Origin: an uncultured Gammaproteobacteria bacterium
GTDB taxonomy: Bacteria > Patescibacteriota > Patescibacteriia > Magasanikbacterales > UBA922
Assembly: GCA_964394405.1 (NCBI GenBank)
Contig: CAYMVY010000001.1
Location: 299,219 to 343,235 of the forward strand
Length of the DNA stretch: 44,017 nucleotides
Direction: 5' to 3'
Positions within the stretch are counted from its first letter, which is position 1. The number at the start of each line of letters is the position of its first letter. Below are positions 26,567-33,988 of this stretch, piece after piece. The notes below the pieces were generated by a model. That model was not told the DNA's origin, ran no database searches, and worked only from the letters and a program-made list of their open reading frames with translations. A program made the translations under genes and the position numbers.

Positions 26567-27580
26567 ATGGCATACTCAAGCGACGAAATAGTAAAAAGAG
26601 AAATCATAGATCAAATAGGCTTTGAGACCAATGGCATTAAATTACGCATATTTCCTCAAAGCAGTAATGAAGATCAAAAGCCCTTCTCTGAGGGAGGATT
26701 AACTTTCGGGTTTAAAGATGTGTCGTATGGATCATGCGACGCCGCATGGTTTGTTGATGAAGTCTGGAAAGACGGGCTTAATGGAAAAGAAATTGATAAA
26801 AAACCAATAATTGCCCTTGAGGGAACAGATGCTTTGAATAGGAATTCTGGTGGTAACGCTTTATATCAAAGATTTCATCACGCACTTGGTGCAGTTAAAA
26901 ACGGGGTTGTCGGAATTTATTACCTTAAGAAAGGAAAAACAAAAATACAGCCAGATCTTTTTGGCATGGCTTATTTTGCTTCAAAGGTTGAAAAAGGAAA
27001 ATATTTGATAATCGATGACCTGTCGGTTGTTAAGGATTTACTTGATCGTTATGGAGACAAAAAGGAATTTGATTCCTATATCGAAGCGTACTTGGAAAAA
27101 ATGCATGATATTTTTATTAATAAATTCAATGATTCTTATGGCGGTGACTGGGAAAAGTTTGCGGAAAAAAGATCAACCATCATAAGAGATGGTTATGTCA
27201 TTAAATACGCCGGACGCATGAGAAGAAATTTTACAGATGGATCACAAAGAGCTGGGCATATTGCTGTAGGCGAAATGTTTTTAACTAAGTATTATTTTTA
27301 CAATAAAAAGTTTTACTATCTTTTCCCAAAGATGACGCATGCGGACTTGGCCATACTGGATCACAGCAAAACTACTGATAAAGAGTGGTTTCTTTTAAGA
27401 AACGAGCCAAATGTGGAAATAAAGACGATGGATGACTTGGTCGGACTTAGCCCATCAATTAAAGCCTCTTTGTTGGGTATTCAAGATACTCCATTAAAGG
27501 GAGATGCTATTCGTCTTTTCAATAAATGCGTTGAGACTATTGTTGAGGGGCTCAAGAACGGTAAAATTAAATTAAATTAA
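26567..27580 (+). CDS. Orphan protein of unknown function (possible second nuclease or specificity subunit).
   Basis: A 337-aa ORF with an ATG 1 nt after the upstream stop. The only weak acidic candidate motif is CDAAWFVDE ... PIIALEGTD. I recognise no family. Confidence 0.35.
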   Translation: MAYSSDEIVKREIIDQIGFETNGIKLRIFPQSSNEDQKPFSEGGLTFGFKDVSYGSCDAAWFVDEVWKDGLNGKEIDKKPIIALEGTDALNRNSGGNALYQRFHHALGAVKNGVVGIYYLKKGKTKIQPDLFGMAYFASKVEKGKYLIIDDLSVVKDLLDRYGDKKEFDSYIEAYLEKMHDIFINKFNDSYGGDWEKFAEKRSTIIRDGYVIKYAGRMRRNFTDGSQRAGHIAVGEMFLTKYYFYNKKFYYLFPKMTHADLAILDHSKTTDKEWFLLRNEPNVEIKTMDDLVGLSPSIKASLLGIQDTPLKGDAIRLFNKCVETIVEGLKNGKIKLN

Positions 27581-27584
27581 ATTT

Positions 27585-30467
27585 ATGAGCAACTTTCCTT
27601 ATCCAAAAGGGTCGACTTGGAGAAAATGGGATTTACAAACCCAGACTATTTTGGACGACAATTACATCCAGCTTGCTGATTACTCAGAGGAATTAAAAAA
27701 GACTAATCCAGCAGGTTGGCAACAATACATCACAAAAGTCGGAGGTGAAGCCAACGCACTGCTTTATGATTCAAAAGCTTATTTTACTGACACGAAAATT
27801 GATAAAAAAGAACGATGTGTTAACCATGTAAGGAATTTTTTTGCTTTTATCGATGTTTTTAATCCAGAGTTAGATTGTATTGGTATCACTGACCATAATT
27901 ATTTTGACGACTGTCTGCTCGATTCTTTTATAGAATATTCTAAGCAGTCACGATGTAAAATTATTCCGGGAGTTGAGATTAATTGTCAGGGTATCCACAT
28001 GTTATTATTTTTCCCAGACAAACTCTATCAAAAAGAAACATTTTCTGCCGGTATTCAAGCTTTCTTGATAAAATTTGGCATCAATAACAGAACGAACGGT
28101 AGTGGTGTTCTTACGACAACGAGTACGGACATCAAAGAAATTATTGACGAGGTTAAGAAAAACGGTGGCATTATAATCTATCCCCACTGTAATAGTAATA
28201 ATGGTCTTTTTCAGGAACGCACAGCAACCGACCGGACACATTTAGCTGATATATTTAATCATCAAAAAGTAAATCTTTTACAATCTCAACACAATCAATC
28301 ATCGGTCGTTATATCAGACTATATAAAGACAAACAGTACACTTACATCCAAATTCTGCTCGCATATAAGTTCAGACGCAAGGTCATTGCGTGATCTTGGT
28401 AAAGCCGATCAGGATGGTAATTTCTTATGGATAAAAGCTGACCCGACATTTGAGGGTTTAAAGCAGATTGTTTTTGAGCCAGAACAGCGTATTTTTGTCG
28501 GACCTCAAAAACCGGGCGAGAAAAAATCTTATTTTGTTATTGATAAGGTTCGATTCTTGGACAATACCGGTGATGTAAAATTTGCGAGTGATCCTATTGA
28601 GATTAATCAAAATCTTACAACCATTATCGGAGGCAAATCGACAGGAAAATCGTTACTCTTGTATTACATGGCAAAAACGATTGATCGCCAAGAGGTACAG
28701 AGCAGGACTTCCGACAGTGGTGTGCCAGTAAAATATGACTTTGATGCTTCTGTTGATTTTAATTTTGAAGTCACATGGAAGGATGGCCAACACACTTTGT
28801 TAAGGACGCCAGAAGGCACCGCAGAAGACCACTCAAAAGAACGGAAGATTCTATATATTCCGCAGAGATACCTCAATACACTCTCAGAGGCAAACATAAA
28901 AAGTCGCGAGGCATTAAACGAATTCGTTTTGAATGTTATCTTGCAAGACCTAACGGTTAAAGAAAAATACGAGGAGACTGTCAGAGAAATCAAGACCGAA
29001 GTTAAAGCAATACCTACAGCAATCGGTGAATTATTTTCTGATCGTGAGGAAATCAAAAAAACAGAAGACGAATTAAAACAGACCGGTGATGAAAAAGGTA
29101 TTGAGAATTATATTAAAACACTTCAGAAACAGGCTGATGAAATAAAGGTTAAGTCTGGCTTATCAGAAGAGCAGTTAAAACAATATGAGGAGTTGGTTTC
29201 AAAAGAAAAAGAGATAAATGTTCAGATATCCAATCTTGAGCAAGATAAAAAAACGATCAAGAGCTTAAATTCAAATCTGGCTTCGCAAATTGATGGATTA
29301 AAATCGACCATTGATGAAAATGAGGAGTACCTTAATGATGCCGACATAAAAACAAAATTCAAGACAGAATTTAAGGTAGTTGACTCGTTTGCCCCTGGAT
29401 TAAAATCAGCAAGTACAAATTTGATTACTGCAATTGATGGCAAACTAAAAATCCATAATGCCGAGCTGGTTAAAATAAAAGCTGATCTTTCACCATTAAT
29501 GGCAAAGGTCAAACTACAATCCGAGCTTCAGGAAAAAACAGATGCTATTAAGAAAGAACAGCAAAAACTTAATGAGATTGCTATAAAGCGAAATAATCTA
29601 AAGACCAAAAAAGCTTCTTATAAAAAGAAGTCAGATGCTGTTATAGAGTCGTACAAACAAATCGTTCTCAAATATGAGAGTTTACGAAATGAATTCAAAA
29701 AATTTGAGAGCAAATTTGGCGAGATTACTCTTGGAGTACACATCAGTTTTAACGATGATGCGTTTAACTCAAATGTCGTTAAGGAATATATCAACAAGAA
29801 TGATCTTAAGCGAGTCATTGTCGAAGCGGAATGGGGCGATGAGTTTATCTATAAGTATGATCCGACAAAACATTTAGCCAACATCACAACCGTTTTTGAA
29901 GGATTGGTTGGAGGTACTATAAATACCGTTAAGAACCGCTTAGCAAAAGATGCCGTAGCCAAGCTTCTTGAAAATTATTTTTATCTTGATTTCAAAATTT
30001 TCTACAAAAATGATTCTCTCGACAAAATGTCGCCTGGTAAAAAGGGATTAGTATTGCTTCAATTGCTTATCAATTTGAGCGATGGAGAATGGCCAATCCT
30101 TCTGGATCAGCCAGAGGATGATCTCGACAATCGATCGGTCTACGATGATCTGGTGGCATTTCTAAAAAATAAAAAACTTCAAAGACAAATAATTATCGTT
30201 ACGCACAACCCCAACCTTGTTGTTGGTGCTGATGCTGAAGAGACCGTTGTCTCAAATCAATCCGGCCAAGAAGTTGGGCGTGACAATAAAAAATTCCGGT
30301 TTGAATATATATCAGGTGCTTTAGAAAATACATTTGAATTAGATCCTGCCCAAGAATCAGCAATCTTGTATAGAAAAGGCATTAGACAGCATGTATGTGA
30401 AATTCTTGAAGGTGGACAAGAGGCATTCCAAAAACGAGAACAAAAATACAGTTTTCCTAATAATTAA
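27585..30467 (+). CDS. PHP-domain + SMC/ABC-type ATPase with a long coiled-coil insertion (PplA-like/TrlF-like architecture, from memory).
   Basis: PHP-type blocks in the N-terminal part: WDLQTQT, GITDHNYF, IPGVEINCQGIHMLLF, IIIYPHCN, SSDARSLRDLG. Walker A is GGKSTGKS (28629-28652). A heptad-rich region spans aa ~470-730. The signature-like motif is MSPGKKGLVLLQLL, Walker B is ILLDQPEDDLD (30096-30128), and the H-loop is IIIVTHNPN. Confidence 0.75.
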   Translation: MSNFPYPKGSTWRKWDLQTQTILDDNYIQLADYSEELKKTNPAGWQQYITKVGGEANALLYDSKAYFTDTKIDKKERCVNHVRNFFAFIDVFNPELDCIGITDHNYFDDCLLDSFIEYSKQSRCKIIPGVEINCQGIHMLLFFPDKLYQKETFSAGIQAFLIKFGINNRTNGSGVLTTTSTDIKEIIDEVKKNGGIIIYPHCNSNNGLFQERTATDRTHLADIFNHQKVNLLQSQHNQSSVVISDYIKTNSTLTSKFCSHISSDARSLRDLGKADQDGNFLWIKADPTFEGLKQIVFEPEQRIFVGPQKPGEKKSYFVIDKVRFLDNTGDVKFASDPIEINQNLTTIIGGKSTGKSLLLYYMAKTIDRQEVQSRTSDSGVPVKYDFDASVDFNFEVTWKDGQHTLLRTPEGTAEDHSKERKILYIPQRYLNTLSEANIKSREALNEFVLNVILQDLTVKEKYEETVREIKTEVKAIPTAIGELFSDREEIKKTEDELKQTGDEKGIENYIKTLQKQADEIKVKSGLSEEQLKQYEELVSKEKEINVQISNLEQDKKTIKSLNSNLASQIDGLKSTIDENEEYLNDADIKTKFKTEFKVVDSFAPGLKSASTNLITAIDGKLKIHNAELVKIKADLSPLMAKVKLQSELQEKTDAIKKEQQKLNEIAIKRNNLKTKKASYKKKSDAVIESYKQIVLKYESLRNEFKKFESKFGEITLGVHISFNDDAFNSNVVKEYINKNDLKRVIVEAEWGDEFIYKYDPTKHLANITTVFEGLVGGTINTVKNRLAKDAVAKLLENYFYLDFKIFYKNDSLDKMSPGKKGLVLLQLLINLSDGEWPILLDQPEDDLDNRSVYDDLVAFLKNKKLQRQIIIVTHNPNLVVGADAEETVVSNQSGQEVGRDNKKFRFEYISGALENTFELDPAQESAILYRKGIRQHVCEILEGGQEAFQKREQKYSFPNN

Positions 30468-30491
30468 AGTTGTGACGAAGGTCTAAATAAA

Positions 30492-30520
30492 TTGTCTTTT
30501 GGGGTTTAATTTGATATAAT
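30492..30520 (+). promoter_or_regulatory. Sigma70-like promoter upstream of the rnk-like operon.
   Basis: TTGTCT (30492-30497), a 17-nt spacer, then TATAAT (30515-30520) preceded by TG-n (extended -10 type). Confidence 0.55.
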
Positions 30521-30584
30521 GAACTTAATATGTTTCTGCATAATATATACAAAAATACCACACTTTCTTTTCCTACTGTCACTT

Positions 30585-30623
30585 AGCCAGTTGTTTTAGT
30601 GCATGAGCAAAAAACAACCGGCT
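30585..30623 (+). promoter_or_regulatory. Upstream hairpin that competes with the terminator (anti-terminator candidate).
   Basis: agccagttgtttt (30585-30597) pairs with aaaacaaccggct (30611-30623) at 12 of 13 positions. The 3' arm is also the 5' arm of the terminator. Confidence 0.45.
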
Positions 30624-30640
30624 AAAACGGTTGTTTTTTT
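30611..30640 (+). terminator. Intrinsic terminator or attenuator.
   Basis: aacaaccg (30613-30620), loop gctaaaa, cggttgtt (30628-30635), then a T-run to 30640. It is preceded by an A-run. Confidence 0.65.
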
Positions 30641-30653
30641 AAATTTAGAACCT

Positions 30654-31049
30654 ATGACCAACATATACATTACAAAAAATGATCACAAAAAATTGATCAA
30701 GTTGATAAATGAAAAATTGCCGGATAACGACAGTACTCGTTCTTTGCTTTCGGAACTTAAAAGAGCGGAGATTGTCGAACCGGAAAAGATACCTGCCAAT
30801 GTCATTACCATGAATTCCTTGGTGAATTTTACAGATGTAGATTCGGGAACGGAACTTGAGTATTGGTTAGTTTTCCCCGAGGATGCTGACATTGCTCAAC
30901 GCAAGATATCAGTGATTTCTCCGGTGGGGTGTGCTTTATTGGGGTATCGCGTTGGTGATATCATTAATCTTAAAACACCGAGTGGAGAGAAAAAAATCAA
31001 AGTCGAAAAAATATTGCACCAACCCGAAGCCGAAGGCAACTATGAATAA
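30654..31049 (+). CDS. rnk: Rnk-like regulator (GreA/GreB C-terminal-domain family, regulator of nucleoside diphosphate kinase).
   Basis: It aligns by eye with E. coli Rnk as I remember it (VITMNSLVNF..., ISVISPVGCALLGYRVGDII..., VEKILHQPEAEGNYE versus [39 protein letters not shown]). I prefer the start at 30654; the ATG at 30603 would translate through the terminator hairpin. Confidence 0.85.
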   Translation: MTNIYITKNDHKKLIKLINEKLPDNDSTRSLLSELKRAEIVEPEKIPANVITMNSLVNFTDVDSGTELEYWLVFPEDADIAQRKISVISPVGCALLGYRVGDIINLKTPSGEKKIKVEKILHQPEAEGNYE

Positions 31050-31698
31050 TATAAAAAACAAAAATAAAATAAGCACGACAATCCGCTTTTTAATATTGTC
31101 CGATTTTTTTCTTTTTTTTGCCGTCGGTTTATTGGCACCAATATTCGCCGTCTTTGTCCTTGACAATATAGATAACAAAATAGAAGTTATCGGTTTTGCC
31201 GTGTCTTGCTACTGGTTGACCAGAGTGATTATGGTTGTTCCATTTAGCCGGCTAATGGATAAAATCAGGGGTGAAATTGACGAATATTCGTTCATGATCA
31301 TTGGCACTTTTTTAATATCGATCATTCCCTTATTTTATATCATGTCATCCGCCCCTTGGCATATTTATGTATTGCAGATAGTGAACGGAATTGCTAACTC
31401 TATGGCAGTTCCGGCTTGGCGTATTCTCTTTACCAATCACATAGATAAAAAAATTGTAGGTCTTGAATGGTCGTTAGAAGATGTCGGGGTCGGCATCGCT
31501 ACGGCCTCCAGTGCCACTATCGGTGCTTTTATCGCCAGCAAGCTGGGTTTTAACGCCTTGTTCGGAATTATTTCGTTTTTCGGTTTGATAGCCACAATAA
31601 TTCTCATTGTTTTGAGCAAGAAAAAAGGAATGATTCTAAGCAAATTTATCATCAATAAAGCGGAAAAAGCACCGCTCAAGTTGGATACTTTTAAATAA
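31042..31698 (+). CDS. Half-size (about six predicted TM helices) MFS-like membrane protein.
   Basis: The ATG at 31042 overlaps the rnk-like stop (tATGAataa). It encodes 218 aa with about six hydrophobic segments. A normal MFS transporter has 12. Confidence 0.55.
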   Translation: MNNIKNKNKISTTIRFLILSDFFLFFAVGLLAPIFAVFVLDNIDNKIEVIGFAVSCYWLTRVIMVVPFSRLMDKIRGEIDEYSFMIIGTFLISIIPLFYIMSSAPWHIYVLQIVNGIANSMAVPAWRILFTNHIDKKIVGLEWSLEDVGVGIATASSATIGAFIASKLGFNALFGIISFFGLIATIILIVLSKKKGMILSKFIINKAEKAPLKLDTFK

Positions 31699-31702
31699 TT
31701 TT

Positions 31703-32632
31703 ATGATCAACAATCTATTCATTTTCATAGTCGCTCTGTTAATGGTTATAAAGGGTGCGACAATGGCCACAAAATACTCAGCCAAATTGGCAGAGAGTTT
31801 TAATATCTCGAAATATATTGTGGGATTTATTATCGTTGCGTTTATTTCAATCCTGCCCGAGACATTAATTTCAATTAACTCTGCCATCAGTGGCATACCT
31901 GAGTTTGGCCTTGGTACATTATTTGGCTCAAATATTGCTGACCTATCTTTGATATTTGCAATCCTGATCATATATGCAGGCCGGGGTATGAAAATAGAAA
32001 GTAAAGTTTTGAAAAATGTACGACTATATCCTTTCTTTTTGCTTTTACCATTATTATTCGGTTTAAACGGACACTATTCAAGAATTGAAGGTGTATTCTT
32101 AATTATGGCAGGTATAATTTTTTATTATCTGGTATTTAAAAACGGAATTGATGTATCTGCAAATTTACGGAATGGCAACGGAAAATATAAAAGTCTCTTA
32201 TTTTTGATCATCTCGATGGCCCTGCTATTGGTTGGCTCGCATTTTACCGTAACTTCAGCTACTGCTCTGGCTCATGCTCTAAAAATAACACCTATTCTTA
32301 TCGGTATGCTTGTTGTAAGTTTGGGTACGACTATGCCAGAATTATTTTTCTCTTTAAAGGCTGTAAAACGAAAAGATGATGGATTGGCGGTTGGCGATAT
32401 TATGGGATCGGTTTTGGCAGATGCTACTATCGTGGTTGGTATTTTGGCCACAATCAGTCCGTTTTTCTTTCCAGTTAAAATTGTTTATATTACGGGGGTC
32501 TTTATGGCCATGTCCTCATTCATACTGCTTAAATTCATGAAAACAGGAAAGTTAATTACGAAAAATGAAGGGTATTTGCTTTTACTTTTTTGGGTTGTTT
32601 ATGTTGTTGTTGAATTTTTAGCAAATAGATAG
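31703..32632 (+). CDS. CaCA-family cation/Ca2+ antiporter (YrbG-like).
   Basis: Two alpha-repeat signatures are present, GTLFGSNIADLSLIFAI and GDIMGSVLADATIVVGI, with about 10 hydrophobic segments. Confidence 0.8.
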   Translation: MINNLFIFIVALLMVIKGATMATKYSAKLAESFNISKYIVGFIIVAFISILPETLISINSAISGIPEFGLGTLFGSNIADLSLIFAILIIYAGRGMKIESKVLKNVRLYPFFLLLPLLFGLNGHYSRIEGVFLIMAGIIFYYLVFKNGIDVSANLRNGNGKYKSLLFLIISMALLLVGSHFTVTSATALAHALKITPILIGMLVVSLGTTMPELFFSLKAVKRKDDGLAVGDIMGSVLADATIVVGILATISPFFFPVKIVYITGVFMAMSSFILLKFMKTGKLITKNEGYLLLLFWVVYVVVEFLANR

Positions 32633-32722
32633 CAATGGGCGTTAGAAAGTTCGCCCAAGGGGCAAACAAACGGCAAAAAAGGGGCTCAAAAAGGGCTCCT
32701 TTTGCTTTATATCGTCACTGAG

Positions 32723-33013
32723 TCAGAATAAGCCGTTCAGAATTTCAAGGCTGTCTGATAAAAGATCTATAGCTGTTGGAAGGAACAAGACAAAGACAAT
32801 TCCAGTCAGCTTCGTGCCTGATTTGTCACTTCCTTTACGATCATCCATCGGAAGTAATATAACCTCGACCTTTTTCCTTACGCACACTTTTACGGGTTTC
32901 TGGCAGTGGGGACATCGGGTTACAAATACAGCTTCGGAATTGAAAACCGCATCACGAAAAATAATTTTTGTGCAATGGGGACAATTGCCGACATTGGATT
33001 CATCTCTGTCCAT
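32723..33013 (-). CDS. Zinc-ribbon protein with a C-terminal transmembrane helix.
   Basis: CPHC ... 17 residues ... CPHC, then LTGIVFVLFLPTAIDLL. Confidence 0.5.
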   Translation of the reverse strand: MDRDESNVGNCPHCTKIIFRDAVFNSEAVFVTRCPHCQKPVKVCVRKKVEVILLPMDDRKGSDKSGTKLTGIVFVLFLPTAIDLLSDSLEILNGLF

Positions 33014-33117
33014 ACTGTTTTTTATTTGTGGGTTTTTTGAGCCCTGATCATAAATGATTAATAAACGACCAATTAAAAGCTCGGGTTCGACCTCCTCCCC
33101 GAACCGTTAAAAGCAAT

Positions 33118-33684
33118 CTAAGTATCCTCGACTGCTACCCATTTCTGTCCCGTCCACATGTGCTTCTTACCGTCTATAATTTTTATCTTTACCCCTCCAA
33201 TGGACATTTTCTCGGCTAACATCGACCTTAATTCTTTGAAATTTTTAATTTGCTCGTAATTCTTTTTATTTAAATCTTTTTCTTTATTCTTGTTAGTAAG
33301 TCCATTGGACCGATCCCACCGGTCTGTATGACCGAACTGCCGGTCAGGCTGACCGATCTGTTTTAAGTTCGGTCTATCTGACCTATCTACTTTCAACAGG
33401 TAATACACATTGGAAAATTTACGGCGTTTCTTATTTATCAGTCCCAGCTTGATCATCTGTCGGATACCTCTTTGCACGCTGGAAACGCTCGAACCGATTC
33501 TGTCAGCAATAAGCTTGTGGGATGGAAAACAAAAACCCTCCTGATTAGCGTGTTCAGCCAGGCAATTATAAATAGCGATGCCGATTGGTTTAATTTTGCT
33601 TCCATACTCATCGAGAAGTACTTTGCTAATCCAGAACCAATCGCCATTTCTTAAATCTCTTACTTTTATTTTATCGTCCGACAT
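33118..33684 (-). CDS. Winged-helix/HTH protein, replication-initiator-like.
   Basis: FPSHKLIADRIGSSVSSVQRGIRQMIKLGLINKKRR is typical of phage or plasmid replication-type wHTH proteins. The gene sits in the early region and contains internal iteron-like DNA repeats. Confidence 0.55.
   Translation of the reverse strand: MSDDKIKVRDLRNGDWFWISKVLLDEYGSKIKPIGIAIYNCLAEHANQEGFCFPSHKLIADRIGSSVSSVQRGIRQMIKLGLINKKRRKFSNVYYLLKVDRSDRPNLKQIGQPDRQFGHTDRWDRSNGLTNKNKEKDLNKKNYEQIKNFKELRSMLAEKMSIGGVKIKIIDGKKHMWTGQKWVAVEDT
33308..33374. repeat. Three tandem inverted-repeat units GACCGA-n-(C/T)CGGTC, spaced 21-22 bp (iteron/origin candidate), inside the wHTH gene.
   Basis: The units are gaccgatcccaccggtc (33308-33324), gaccgaactgccggtc (33330-33345) and gaccgatctgttttaagttcggtc (33351-33374). 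Confidence 0.5.
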
Positions 33685-33775
33685 GGCCGTGAATAAAAAG
33701 GCGTGACCGACCTACAGATCGCGCCTTATTCCTCCCTTCACGCCTGGCGTCATTGAGGGGAGAGTAAGGTGCCAT

Positions 33776-33988
33776 CTACCACTCACGGGACTTGGGCAGA
33801 GCTCGGTCGATGTTGTCCATTGCTCTACAAAAGTCATGCCGAATTCTTGGGTTCTCTAATTCTCGGATTGTGAAATTACTCAGCAAGCTCTCCCTCCTCG
33901 CCAAAAGTTCTCTCCGGGTTAATGGCTTGCGAGTCATCCGTTTCCAGATCCTCTGAATTATTCTTTTGATTAGAATTCTCGTTGTCAT
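33776..33988 (-). CDS. Hypothetical small basic protein (overlaps the next ORF in another frame).
   Basis: ATG start, Arg-rich. It shares 113 nt with 33876-34154, so at least one boundary is uncertain. Confidence 0.3.
   Translation of the reverse strand: MTTRILIKRIIQRIWKRMTRKPLTRRELLARRESLLSNFTIRELENPRIRHDFCRAMDNIDRALPKSREW

Larger units (their letters stand above)
21044..32722 (+). other. Cargo (moron/defence) block of the prophage, transcribed opposite to the phage genes.
   Basis: All ten genes are on the plus strand between minus-strand early and late phage modules. Spot base counts on single 60-nt lines look clearly more AT-rich than in the structural genes. Confidence 0.65.

Noticed and set aside
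30603-30653. An N-terminal 17-codon extension of the rnk-like gene (ATG at 30603).
   Set aside because: These codons coincide with the terminator hairpin and T-run. The start at 30654 reproduces the N-terminus expected for Rnk-family proteins.
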